The notes under the pieces are model-generated. The model was not told where the DNA came from. It saw nothing but the letters and a program-made list of their open reading frames with translations, and did no database searches. Of a stretch of 64,000 bases of DNA, positions 25,464 through 35,221 are shown piece after piece. The translations under genes and the position numbers were made by a program. Position 1 is the stretch's first letter; every line of letters starts with the position of its first letter. Origin of the DNA: Syntrophaceae bacterium (lineage in GTDB: Bacteria > Desulfobacterota > Syntrophia > Syntrophales > PHBD01). The stretch lies in the NCBI GenBank assembly GCA_013177825.1, contig JABLXX010000001.1, positions 656,936 through 720,935 of the forward strand. The letters run 5' to 3'.

Positions 25464-26462
25464 ATGGAACCCCTGCTGCTGCACCTGGAAAACAACGTCT
25501 ATCTTGAAGGGGATCGCCTCGTCCTGGTGGACCGGCGACGGCTTCCCCGGGAGATCGTCCGGGTGTCATGCCCTGATCATGAAGCGGTGGCCCGGGCCAT
25601 CGAGGACATGGTCGTCCAGGGGGCCGGAGACATCGCCGTTACCGCCGGATACGGGCTGTACCTGGCTGCCCGGGAGACGGAACGAAGGGGCGATCGGGAC
25701 AGCAGGGCTTTTCTGGATAAGGCGGCGGCGCGGCTGAAGGCGACCCGGCCGACTGGCTATCACTTGGCGGCTCTGCTCGACCGGCTCCTGGGAAAGCTGG
25801 CGGAAAACCCGGACGGACCTCCTCCGGCGGAGAAAATCCTTTCATTTTTACAAAGTGTCCTGGACCGGCAGCGGCGGATCTCCGAAGACACGGGGCGTCA
25901 CGCCGAGAAGCTCCTGGCCGACCGGGAGGCGATCCTGACCCACTGCTTTGCCGGGGGCGCCCTCCTTTACATGCTGCGGTTCGCCCGGGAAAAAGGGAAG
26001 GACATCCGGGTCCTCTGCACGGAGACCAGGCCCTACCTGCAGGGCGCGCGCCTGACTGCCTGGTCGATCAGCCAGATGGGCATCCCCGTCACGCTCATCA
26101 CCGACAACATGGCGGCCCACTGCATGTCCCGGGGGATGGTGCAGAAGGTCTTCACCGCCGCCGACCGGGTGGCCCTCGACGGAACGGTGGCCAACAAGGT
26201 TGGGACCCTGCAGCTGGCCATCTGCGCGGATCGGTATTGTATTCCTTTCTGGGTGCTTGCCTACGGCGGGCCGGATCGCCGGACGGCCCGGGGGGAAGAC
26301 ATCCCCATCGAGGAGCGGGACCCCACCGAGGTTCTGACGTTCCGGGGGATTCCCATTACCGGGGAGGACGTAAACGGGTATTACCCGGCCTTCGACCTGA
26401 CGCCGCGGGAACTGGTGACGGGCATTGTTACCAGCCGCGGGATCGAGACCTGGAAGGGGTGA
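25464..26462 (+). CDS. mtnA: methylthioribose-1-phosphate isomerase family (eIF2B-like)
   Basis: ILTHC, ETRPYLQGARLT, ANKVGT, IPIEERD and YPAFDLTP. Some signature residues are atypical. Confidence 0.75.
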   Translation: MEPLLLHLENNVYLEGDRLVLVDRRRLPREIVRVSCPDHEAVARAIEDMVVQGAGDIAVTAGYGLYLAARETERRGDRDSRAFLDKAAARLKATRPTGYHLAALLDRLLGKLAENPDGPPPAEKILSFLQSVLDRQRRISEDTGRHAEKLLADREAILTHCFAGGALLYMLRFAREKGKDIRVLCTETRPYLQGARLTAWSISQMGIPVTLITDNMAAHCMSRGMVQKVFTAADRVALDGTVANKVGTLQLAICADRYCIPFWVLAYGGPDRRTARGEDIPIEERDPTEVLTFRGIPITGEDVNGYYPAFDLTPRELVTGIVTSRGIETWKG

Positions 26463-26464
26463 GC

Positions 26465-26674
26465 CTACTGGAGCGTCCGTGGCGGAACGTCGTTGCGCTC
26501 CTCCATCTTCAGCATGGACCGGGGGATCAGAAAACTCCGCATCCGGGAAGGGACGTAAACAAGCATCCACAGGTCATCGGGAATCCTCAGACCTCTCCTG
26601 CCCACGATCTTCCCCTGGCAGCCGTTCAGGGGGTGACGGGGATCATCTACCAGGACCAGATCGCCAAGATCCAT
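26465..26674 (-). CDS. small hypothetical protein (SH3/KOW-like beta pattern)
   Basis: Strong AGGAGAGGAG RBS. MDLGDLVLV...G.QGKIV beta pattern. Confidence 0.6.
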   Translation of the reverse strand: MDLGDLVLVDDPRHPLNGCQGKIVGRRGLRIPDDLWMLVYVPSRMRSFLIPRSMLKMEERNDVPPRTLQ

Positions 26675-26892
26675 TCGAGTTCTCCTCTCCTGAAGCGAAT
26701 CCGTCCGGCGGCGGGATCATGGGCGGGTAGCATGACGGAAGAGCGGACGGGCGGAATCACCCATGAATGCGGGGACGATAGCACAAAAGAAGGCGGACTG
26801 CATGATAAATCGGCCCCCGCGCCCCATCCCCGCCATGACATTTCATCCGGCATATGATAAGAAATTCCAACCTGACAGAGGAGGGAGAACCG

Positions 26893-27195
26893 ATGAAAAT
26901 CCGGATGCCCATCTCGTTTCACGGCAATTACCTGGTCCAGATCCGCCTGGGAGAAGAGGAGAGCCGGGAGCGGTGCCAGAAACTCACCGTCCGGGAACTG
27001 TCGGTGGAGGAAAAGACCCGGTCTTTCCCGGGCATGCCGGAAGACCGGATTCCGACTCACCAGATTACCTTCTACGATTTCGGCTGCAAGCGGATCATCG
27101 AGGGCAGGATCATGGCCAACGAGGAGGAGCGGGTCGCCTTTGCCGTCCAGGACAAGGAATACATCTTTTCTCCCTTCCGCCCCCGATCCGCTTGA
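26893..27195 (+). CDS. hypothetical protein (100 aa)
   Basis: GAGGAGGGAG RBS before the ATG at 26893, with normal protein composition. Confidence 0.65.
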   Translation: MKIRMPISFHGNYLVQIRLGEEESRERCQKLTVRELSVEEKTRSFPGMPEDRIPTHQITFYDFGCKRIIEGRIMANEEERVAFAVQDKEYIFSPFRPRSA

Positions 27196-27256
27196 AACCG
27201 GACCGGGAGGGCCGCGAGGGACGTTTCAGGCCAGCCGGCCCGGGAGCCGCCGTCTC

Positions 27257-27784
27257 ATGAGCACAACACCGGGAAGGGGAGAAATCCCAATTCTGTCCAT
27301 TGTCGGCAAGTCCAACACGGGCAAGACGACCCTCATCGAGCGGCTGATTCCGGAACTTGTACGGAGAGGCTGGCGAGTGGCGACGATCAAGCACAACCGC
27401 CACGGCTTCCAGATGGACCACGAGGGGAAGGACAGCTGGCGCCACCGGAACGCCGGCGCCTTCATGACCGTCGTGGCCTCCCCTCACCAGGTGGCCGTCG
27501 TGGCGGATGCCCCCCGGGATTACACAATGGCCGAGCTTCGGGACCTCTACGTCCGCGATGTGGATCTGGTCCTGGCGGAGGGATTCAAAAAGAATCCCCA
27601 TCCCAAGATCGAGGTGTTCCGGCCGGAGGTCCATGCCGAGCGGCTCTGCGGTCCCGACGACCACTGTGTCGCCGTGGTTTCGGAATCTCCCCTGCCGCCT
27701 TCGGTTCCCCGGTTCGGGCCGGACGACATCCCTGCCCTCTGCGATTTTATCGAGCGGACCATCCTGAGAGGCGCCACACCGTGA
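27257..27784 (+). CDS. mobB: molybdopterin-guanine dinucleotide biosynthesis protein B
   Basis: SIVGKSNTGKTT P-loop, IKH, DHEGKDSWRH and EGFK. Confidence 0.92.
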   Translation: MSTTPGRGEIPILSIVGKSNTGKTTLIERLIPELVRRGWRVATIKHNRHGFQMDHEGKDSWRHRNAGAFMTVVASPHQVAVVADAPRDYTMAELRDLYVRDVDLVLAEGFKKNPHPKIEVFRPEVHAERLCGPDDHCVAVVSESPLPPSVPRFGPDDIPALCDFIERTILRGATP

Positions 27785-28161
27785 CGGACATTGCCACATG
27801 GGACATCCTCAAGTGGGTTCTGCTTGTGCTGCTGGCGGGATTCATCGGCCAGTTCGGCAAGAGTTTCGCCCAGGCGGTCATGGCCAGGATCCGGAAAAGG
27901 AAGTCGGAGCGTGCGGCTCCGCCCGCCCGGATCGAATCTGCCGGAACCACTGCGATGACAGGAGATCCGGAGACGCTGCCCGGTCCGGAAGGACCGGATG
28001 GCCCGGGACCGGGCAGGGGGGCGGAAGGACGCCCGTCCGTTCTCCCGTCTCCCGGGATGGAAACGCCGGCCGCCGCTTCCGGGGCGGACAAAAAAGCCCT
28101 GAAGACCCTGGCGAAACAGCGGAAGAAGGAAGAGAAGCTCCGCTCGAAGCTTTCGAAGTAG
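27781..28161 (+). CDS. hypothetical membrane-anchored protein
   Basis: N-terminal TM helix, Pro/Gly linker and Lys-rich C-terminus. GTGA overlap with the mobB stop. Confidence 0.65.
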   Translation: MTDIATWDILKWVLLVLLAGFIGQFGKSFAQAVMARIRKRKSERAAPPARIESAGTTAMTGDPETLPGPEGPDGPGPGRGAEGRPSVLPSPGMETPAAASGADKKALKTLAKQRKKEEKLRSKLSK

Positions 28162-28186
28162 CCTCCCGAACAGGTCCGGGACCACC

Positions 28187-29206
28187 ATGACGGAACCATC
28201 CCCCTCCCTGAAGAATATCGAGACCGTTGCCGTCGTCTGGCACAGCGGCGAAAGTCCCCTTCCGGGAACCTTCGAGACGATCTCGGCCGCCCGGCTCCTC
28301 TCCGCCGCTCCGGCGGCGGAGACCGCTGTCGTGACGTGCGGAGTTGAGCCGGAAGCTGCCGCCCGTATGATTGCAGCGGAAACGGGACTTCCCGTATTCG
28401 CCCTTCGGGGGGCGGCGCTCGATCCCGCCTGTGGGGAGGATGCCGTCCTGGCTCTGGCCTCGCTCCTCCGGGAGCTTGATCCCCTCCATGTCGTTCTGGC
28501 CCATGATGCGCGCGGAGCCGATCTGGCCCCCGCCCTGGCGATCCGACTGGGAGCCGCCTGCATCACCGCCGTGGAGGTGTTTGCCCTCCGGGACGGCCGG
28601 CGGACGTTCCTCCGTTCCGTCTGCCGGGGGCGGATGCGGATGGAAATCGCGCCGGAGACATCCTGCGCCGTCCTGACGGTTCTGCCCGGCGTGACGGGCG
28701 GAGATTTTGCGGGAGAAATGTGCGTCGGTACGGGGGGAGAAGCGGCGACGGATCTCGTCCGGATCCGCAAGGCGGTGCCGGGGCGGGGAAAAATCGTTTT
28801 ATCCGGGGAGAAGCGGGGCGAGGAGGAAGGCGCGGACCTGGAGGAGGCGGATGTCATCGTCTCGGCGGGGAGGGGGATCGGACGGGAAGAGAACCTGGAT
28901 CTGATCCGGCGCATGGCCGGCCTGTTCCGGAATGCCGCCGTGGGCGCTTCCCGCCCCGTCTGCGATCAGGGCTGGCTGGGATACCGGTACCAGGTCGGTC
29001 TCACGGGCCGGACGGTCACGCCGGATCTCTACGTGGCCTGCGGGATCTCCGGAACGTCCCAGCATCTGGCCGGGATGAAGGGATCCCGCTGCATCGTCGC
29101 CGTCAACCGGGATCCCGACGCTCCCATTTTCCGAGTCGCCCATTACGGAATCGTCGAGGACCTGACGGTCTTCCTCCCACTGTTCATCGAGGCGGCGAAG
29201 ATTTGA
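28187..29206 (+). CDS. etfA: electron transfer flavoprotein subunit alpha
   Basis: [23 protein letters not shown] and [12 protein letters not shown]. Confidence 0.9.
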   Translation: MTEPSPSLKNIETVAVVWHSGESPLPGTFETISAARLLSAAPAAETAVVTCGVEPEAAARMIAAETGLPVFALRGAALDPACGEDAVLALASLLRELDPLHVVLAHDARGADLAPALAIRLGAACITAVEVFALRDGRRTFLRSVCRGRMRMEIAPETSCAVLTVLPGVTGGDFAGEMCVGTGGEAATDLVRIRKAVPGRGKIVLSGEKRGEEEGADLEEADVIVSAGRGIGREENLDLIRRMAGLFRNAAVGASRPVCDQGWLGYRYQVGLTGRTVTPDLYVACGISGTSQHLAGMKGSRCIVAVNRDPDAPIFRVAHYGIVEDLTVFLPLFIEAAKI

Positions 29207-29222
29207 GCCGCTCCAGTGCTTC

Positions 29223-29702
29223 TCATTCCCAACCCAGCGGCTCGTATCCCCTGTCCCGCAGGCACTTGTCGACGAACCGTTTGTAGAGCGGGGACGGCCG
29301 GGAGGCTTTGGCGACTCCCCTGACAAGGCCCGAAGCCGCGCCGACCGCGGCGCCCACGCCGATACCCCGACCCAGGCTGCCGGTGACGGCCCCGGCGGCT
29401 CCCCCGACAACGGCCCCGGCGGCCCCTCCCGCCGCAGTGCTCTTTGCCGTGTCCGCCCCCGGGTTCGTCCTGATGTATGCATCCGCCATGCTTTCACACT
29501 CCTCGATGTCCCTCTGCGCCTGCGCCTCCCCGACGGTCTGGAGATGAGGATTCGGATAGAGAACCGGACCCTGCCGGCCTGCGCACCCCCCCAGTGCCAG
29601 CAGGAGCCCCAGGAAGGCCGCCGCCAGGGAAAAACCGGCATTCGTTTTCTTTTGGGAAGTATTACAGGCGAATCGCCTGTCTCTGTATCTGTATCGAACC
29701 AT
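29223..29702 (-). CDS. glycine-zipper lipoprotein
   Basis: Lipobox LGGC and a GGAAGAVVGGAAGA...GIGVGAAVG zipper. Start codon uncertain. Confidence 0.75.
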   Translation of the reverse strand: MVRYRYRDRRFACNTSQKKTNAGFSLAAAFLGLLLALGGCAGRQGPVLYPNPHLQTVGEAQAQRDIEECESMADAYIRTNPGADTAKSTAAGGAAGAVVGGAAGAVTGSLGRGIGVGAAVGAASGLVRGVAKASRPSPLYKRFVDKCLRDRGYEPLGWE

Positions 29703-29714
29703 GCCAGGTTATCT

Positions 29715-30314
29715 TTAAAAATGATATTTCAGACCCGCGCCGAGGGCGTTTGACGCTCCATGGACGCCGTTGAAGAGACCGTAAACCCCCGACCGGTGAT
29801 GGATGCGCAGGACGAGGCTCCAGCGGGGCTGCTCCGGAAGGGAGAACGTCAGCTCGAAGAGCATGTAATCCAGAAGCTGGCTGGTCTTGTCGTGCTGGAT
29901 CTCCTCGATCCGCGGCGTGCGGGTGGCGTAGGAAAGGCCGTTGCCGACGGCGAAGCTCGTGTCCAGGTAGGAGTCCCAGGGAAAGGTGAGCCAGCGGGCG
30001 ATCAAAAGGGCATTGAACTCCATGTGGTTCTGGTCCCCGAAATGCTTCACCGCCTGCCCTTCCAGCTCCCAGTCGATATGGCGCGTCCACGACCACATCC
30101 GGCGGGAGACGGCGAAGGCCACGAAGTGATAGGCGCTGTCGAAATCGGGATTGGTGAATGTTCCCGTGAGATCGCTGTGGGTCTGGACGGCGCCGTATAC
30201 GGTGGCAGCCCAATTCCCTTTTCCCTCTGCCGAGGCGGATGGCGGGACGGCAAAACCGGACAGGAAGAAAAGGAAGAGGGCGACCTGGACGACCATGACT
30301 CGTTTTGTTTGCAT
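29715..30314 (-). CDS. outer-membrane beta-barrel protein (possible PagL/acyloxyacyl-hydrolase-like)
   Basis: Signal peptide, amphipathic strands, HHRSG...SNA near the C-terminus and a terminal Phe. Confidence 0.6.
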   Translation of the reverse strand: MQTKRVMVVQVALFLFFLSGFAVPPSASAEGKGNWAATVYGAVQTHSDLTGTFTNPDFDSAYHFVAFAVSRRMWSWTRHIDWELEGQAVKHFGDQNHMEFNALLIARWLTFPWDSYLDTSFAVGNGLSYATRTPRIEEIQHDKTSQLLDYMLFELTFSLPEQPRWSLVLRIHHRSGVYGLFNGVHGASNALGAGLKYHF

Positions 30315-30697
30315 GATGAGGTTCCTCCCCGGGGATGGCCAATAAGGCCGTTCGTTCGAAACGTCCGAAAGTGACTTGCACAGGGCGGTCTTACCAAGCA
30401 GAGGTTACGGGCTCCTGCAATGCCGTTGTTCGGGATTATCCAGGAAATGACTTCTCTGGCGCGTCTCCGGCGACCGGTAGTAAAAAAACCGATAACGTCC
30501 GTCCGGAAGGGAGACGGCTCAACAAAACATGCCGAATACTATCATTTTTCACTCCATTTTGCCTGCAGAATCATCGGTGCCGGCGCGACCGGCCGGGCGG
30601 AACCTGATTTCAGAAAAACCTTCGACTTTGTTAAAGATTCGTTAACCGAAGAACGAACCGCCTTGAAACGGGTGGAAGGCATCCCGTCATTTTTTTC

Positions 30698-30779
30698 TTG
30701 ACAGGAAAGGGCGGCATGGATAGGTACTAATCATTTGATGGAACCATCGGATGGAACATAGCGATGGAACAATGCGATG
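30698..30779 (+). promoter_or_regulatory. promoter with a tandem 13-bp repeat array (candidate TetR operator)
   Basis: TTGACA at 30698. GATGGAAC at 30737, 30750 and 30763 plus GATG at 30776, an exact 13-bp period. The same motif occurs upstream of tetR at 39817. Confidence 0.55.
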
Positions 30780-31200
30780 AAAACCGCCCTGCAAAAAAAG
30801 TCCGTGTACACCCAGAGCCCATCAGGGTGGAGTTTTCCGATGCCGATCATGGGCTCTCTGGACGGTTCAGGCAACACGGTTTCTGTGAGACAGCCGAACG
30901 AGCGATTCCCCGGGAGGTTGTCGTCCACGCCTCCGCGCCATACTGCTGCCGACGTGACGGGAAAGACCTGAATCCGGCGTCTGTTCCATCCATCAGGAAA
31001 AACCGGGGACAAAACCCGCCGGAACGGGAGATGGACATCCATTCCTGCAAGACTGGTTCACTCTGCGATGAAGCGCGCATCGACCCCTTGAAACGTCACT
31101 CGATCAATCAGCGATTTCCTGTGATCTCCAGGGGCGGCCACCGGTGGAAGGACCATCTCCCGGCCGTCGACCGCAGCATTCCGCATGTATTTTATGCCGC
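30777..31200 (+). pseudogene. decayed paralog of the TetR regulator at 39831
   Basis: Starts ATGAAAACCGCCCTG (MKTAL, as in the TetR), then +2 nt in an A-run. The shifted frame aligns with the TetR (FRQHGFCETAERAIPREV vs FGDYGYHGTTTRMIAQEV; IRKNRGQ..E..IH vs INKDLGQ..E..IH). Confidence 0.7.
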
Positions 31201-31275
31201 CCGGCAGCAAAGGGCTCCGTGGCGGCGGCATTTATCCATTTCGGATTCATCGGCATATCGCCAAGGAGACAGATC

Positions 31276-32418
31276 ATGGACATTCTGAATTATACGGAAG
31301 AGCACGGGATCTTCCGCGACACGGCACGAAGGTTCGTTGCGAACGAACTGACACCTCACGCCGAAGAATGGGAAGATGCCGGCATCGTTCCCCGGAGCGT
31401 CTGGCTGAAGATGGGACAGCAGGGATTCCTGGGTACTTCCGTTCCCATGGAATACGGCGGACCGGGAGCGGATTTCCTCTACTCGATGATTGTGATCGAA
31501 GAGCTGGCCCGGGCGAACCTGTCGAGCTTCTCCACGTGGCTCCACAGCGACATCGTCGTCCCGTATATCGTGTCGTTCGCGACGGAAGATCAGAAGCAAA
31601 AGTATCTTCCCGGCTGTGTGAGCGGCGACATCATCACATCGGTGGCCATGACGGAGCCCAACGCGGGGAGCGATCTGGCGGCCATGAAGACAACGGCCGT
31701 GGAGGACGGCGACTTCGTCGTCATAAACGGCCAGAAGACGTTCATCTCGAACGGGATCAACTGCGACCTGTGCGTCCTGGCCGCCAAGGACCCGTCCGAG
31801 AAGAACCCCCACGCGTCGGTGGACCTGTATCTCGTGGAGGCGGACACGCCGGGCTTCGAGAAGGGCAGGAGGATCAAAAAGGCCGGCTGTCACAGCCAGG
31901 ACACGGCGGAACTCTATTTTACGGACTGCCGGATTCCGAAGCAGAACCGGCTGGGGGAAAAGGGCACGGGCTTTTTAAAGCTGATGCAGAAGCTCCAGCA
32001 GGAGCGCCTGGTCTGCTCCGTCGTGGCCATCGCCGGAGCGGAATACATGCTCGACATCACCATCCCCTACTGCCGCGAGCGGACGGTATTCGGGAAGCCG
32101 ATCTCCAAGTTCCAGCACAATCAGTTCGAGATCGTGGAGATGGCGACGGAAATCAAGCTGGGCAGGACCTTCATCGACAAGCTGGTGGCGGACCACATGG
32201 AGGGCCGCAACATCGTCATCGAGACGTCCATGGCCAAGTACTGGACGACGGACCTGGCCTTCAAGGTGGCCGACCGGTGCATGCAGCTTCACGGCGGCTA
32301 CGGGTACTGCGATGAATATCCGATCTCGCGCGCCTGGCGGGACTGCCGGGCGGCCCGGATTTTCGCCGGCACCAACGAGATCATGAAGGTCATCATCGCG
32401 CGCTTCATGGGGCTGTAG
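31276..32418 (+). CDS. acyl-CoA dehydrogenase (LCAD-type)
   Basis: AMTEPNAGSDL, NGQKTFISNG, KLQQERL (LCAD-position Glu), HGGYGY and IFAGTNEIM. AAGGAG RBS. Confidence 0.95.
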   Translation: MDILNYTEEHGIFRDTARRFVANELTPHAEEWEDAGIVPRSVWLKMGQQGFLGTSVPMEYGGPGADFLYSMIVIEELARANLSSFSTWLHSDIVVPYIVSFATEDQKQKYLPGCVSGDIITSVAMTEPNAGSDLAAMKTTAVEDGDFVVINGQKTFISNGINCDLCVLAAKDPSEKNPHASVDLYLVEADTPGFEKGRRIKKAGCHSQDTAELYFTDCRIPKQNRLGEKGTGFLKLMQKLQQERLVCSVVAIAGAEYMLDITIPYCRERTVFGKPISKFQHNQFEIVEMATEIKLGRTFIDKLVADHMEGRNIVIETSMAKYWTTDLAFKVADRCMQLHGGYGYCDEYPISRAWRDCRAARIFAGTNEIMKVIIARFMGL

Positions 32419-32494
32419 GGAAGACAGCGGACCGCGGCCGCAGGTGTGACGGCGGCCTTTGAAAGAACCGGCATGGACCGGGGAAGGAGGAACG

Positions 32495-33301
32495 ATGGCT
32501 GAAAAGGCTCCCTTCAGGGTGGAAAAGGAAGGACATGTGGCCTGGCTGATCCTCGATCGGCCGGAGAAGCGGAACTGCATGACGTTCGATTTTTTCTCCG
32601 GACTCACGGAGCATTTCGGGCGGTTCAACGACGATCCGGAGGTCCGGGTCGTTGTCGTCCGAGCCGAGGGGAAGACGTTCTGTGCCGGTCTGGACCTGGT
32701 CGAGGGGGCGGCGATCCTCGGGGACGGGTCCGCATCGGGGCGCGAGAAGACAAGATGGAAGATCCGGTGGCTCCAGGACTGCATCAGCGCCGTGGAGCGC
32801 TGCCGGAAGCCCGTCATAGCCGCCGTACACGGCCACTGCGTCGGCGGCGGCATCGACCTGACAAGCGCCTCCGACATCCGCCTGGCCTCCCAGGATGCCA
32901 TTTTCTCGATCCGGGAGACGCGCATCGGGATCGTGGCCGATGTGGGCACTCTGCAGCGGTTCCCCACGATTGTCGGCCAGGGGCTGTTCCGGGAGCTGGC
33001 CCTGACGGGAAGGGATTTCACCGCCGAGGAGGCCTTGCGGATCGGTTACATCAACCGCCTTTATGAGAACCGCGAAGCCCTCCATCAGGGGGCACGAGCG
33101 CTGGCGGAGGAGATCGCCGCCAATCCTCCCATGACGGTGCAGGGCGTCAAGGAGTCCATCCTGTTCAACCGGGACAACGGTGTTTTCCCGGGGCTCGATT
33201 ACATAGCGCAGATGAACTCTGCGATCCTGCCGAGCAAGGATTTGATGGAGGCCGTGGCGGCATTCATGGAGAAGCGGAAGCCCCATTTTGTCGGGGACTG
33301 A
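32495..33301 (+). CDS. crotonase family, delta3,5-delta2,4-dienoyl-CoA isomerase-like
   Basis: FCAGLDL, GHCVGGGIDL and RETRIGIVADVGTLQR. Confidence 0.85.
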   Translation: MAEKAPFRVEKEGHVAWLILDRPEKRNCMTFDFFSGLTEHFGRFNDDPEVRVVVVRAEGKTFCAGLDLVEGAAILGDGSASGREKTRWKIRWLQDCISAVERCRKPVIAAVHGHCVGGGIDLTSASDIRLASQDAIFSIRETRIGIVADVGTLQRFPTIVGQGLFRELALTGRDFTAEEALRIGYINRLYENREALHQGARALAEEIAANPPMTVQGVKESILFNRDNGVFPGLDYIAQMNSAILPSKDLMEAVAAFMEKRKPHFVGD

Positions 33302-33530
33302 TCCGGAGCATTGCCGGGTTGCAGTAAAGGAAGACGAATTCCCTCCGGTACGGGCCTGAGCGGCCGGAGCGGTTTATTTCTTTTTCAGGCGGGCCGGCCC
33401 GGTCCCGGGCGCCGCAGATACCGACCGGGAGGAACCGGGGAATATCGCCCATTCGCTGCTGATTGTAGAACTTCATTACGGAAGAACGGTTTGAAAAGGA
33501 TTTTTCATTCGGCTTGTAAAGGAGGAATAC

Positions 33531-35072
33531 ATGTCAGGAAAAGCAACGGGAACGTTTACGATCGGTAACTATCCGAAGGTCGCCGCTGTACGCTACGGTG
33601 ACCGGGAGGCGATCAGCTGCATGACGACGGGCCGTCGCCTCACCTTCCGGCAGGTCAACCAGCGGATCAACGGCCTGGCGAACGGGCTTCTGGGACTCGG
33701 CATCAAGAAAGGAGACAACACCGCTTTCCTTTCCTACAACCGCCACGAAATCGTGGAGACCTATCTTGCCCTGGGCAAGATAGGCAGCATCGGGCTGCCG
33801 CTCAACTATCGCCTGTCACCCCAGGAGATGGTCGAGCTGATGGTCTTCTGCGGTACGGAAAACCTGATTTTCGACGCTTCCTTCACAGCGCTTGTCGAGG
33901 GACTTCGCCCGCAGCTCCCGGCGATCAAGCGTTTCGTCTGTTTCGGGAATGAGATTCCGGATTTTGCCGTGTCTTATGAAGAACTCATCCTCAAGTCCTC
34001 GCCGGAGGAGCCGGACGTGGAGATCACCGAGGAGGATCCCCAGTACCTCAACCTGACCTCCGGGACCACGGGGCTGCCGAAGGCCTACATGCTCTCGCAG
34101 TACAACAACGCCGGCGGCGGCCCGACCATGATCTACATGCACGACGTGACGCCGAACGACGTGGTCATGACCGTGTTTCCGATTTACGGACGCGTCGGCT
34201 TTGCCTGGTCGGCCTGCGCGCTTTTTGCGGGGGCCCGCAACGTCATTCACCAGTTCGACCTGTCGAAGATTCTGGGGGTCATCGAGCAGGAGAAGGTGAC
34301 CATCTCCAATTGGGTGCCCACCATGGCAAGCTTCGTTCTCGCCCTTCCGGACGTCGAAAAGTACGACCTTTCCTCGCTGCGCGCCCTCGTCTTCTGCTCC
34401 TCGCCGTTTTCCGTGGCGCTTCAGGAGCAGGTCAAGAAACGGCTGTGTCCAAACCTCTATGAGTTTTACGGGCTTCAGGAGACCGGCCTCCTGGTCAACA
34501 TCGGGCCCAAGGACAAGGAGCGCAAGCCCGAGTCCGTCGGGACGCTTTATTTCGGGGCGGATGTGCGGATCGTGGACTTTCAGGGCAAAGACGTTCCCGT
34601 CGGTGAAGTGGGCGAGATCATCGGCCGGGGAGTTGCCGTCACAGCGGGTTATTACAAGAACGAGGAAAAGACGAAGGATATGTTCAAGGACGGCTGGTTC
34701 TACACCGGCGACCTGGGACGCTTCGACGAAGAGGGGTTTCTATACCTGGCCGGCCGGAAGAAGGACATGATCATCACGGGCGGCCAGAATGTGTATGCGA
34801 TCGAGGTGGAGGAGATGCTGATGGGCCACCCGGCGGTCCTGCAGTGCGCCGTCATCGGCCTGCCCGACGACACCTGGGGCGAGATGGTGACGGCCGTCAT
34901 CATCCCATTTCCCGGCCGCGAGGTGACGGAAGATGAACTCATCGCCTTCGGCCGCGAGCGGATCGCCCATTTCAAGGCCCCGAAAAAAATCATTTTCGTG
35001 GACAATCTTCCCATGACCCCGACGGGAAAAGTCCAGAAGTTTCTCCTCGTGGAGCAGTTTGCCTCTACGTGA
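33531..35072 (+). CDS. acyl-CoA synthetase (class I adenylate-forming)
   Basis: LTSGTTGLPK, YGLQE, YTGDLG and RKKDMII. Confidence 0.93.
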   Translation: MSGKATGTFTIGNYPKVAAVRYGDREAISCMTTGRRLTFRQVNQRINGLANGLLGLGIKKGDNTAFLSYNRHEIVETYLALGKIGSIGLPLNYRLSPQEMVELMVFCGTENLIFDASFTALVEGLRPQLPAIKRFVCFGNEIPDFAVSYEELILKSSPEEPDVEITEEDPQYLNLTSGTTGLPKAYMLSQYNNAGGGPTMIYMHDVTPNDVVMTVFPIYGRVGFAWSACALFAGARNVIHQFDLSKILGVIEQEKVTISNWVPTMASFVLALPDVEKYDLSSLRALVFCSSPFSVALQEQVKKRLCPNLYEFYGLQETGLLVNIGPKDKERKPESVGTLYFGADVRIVDFQGKDVPVGEVGEIIGRGVAVTAGYYKNEEKTKDMFKDGWFYTGDLGRFDEEGFLYLAGRKKDMIITGGQNVYAIEVEEMLMGHPAVLQCAVIGLPDDTWGEMVTAVIIPFPGREVTEDELIAFGRERIAHFKAPKKIIFVDNLPMTPTGKVQKFLLVEQFAST

Positions 35073-35221
35073 GCGGAGGCTGTCTCTGAATGTTAACATT
35101 TTTTTAGGACGGATCGCGCAGGTTTCCCATGGCGTGAGCGTCCCACCGGCACTCTTGCGGAATCGGGACATCTGCAGTTCCCCGGAAATCCGGTGCGGCG
35201 CGGTCCGTGAAGGAGAGTGAC

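Noticed and set aside
30729-30779. CRISPR array or mini-array
   Set aside because: The units are 13-bp tandem repeats without spacers, and there are no cas genes.
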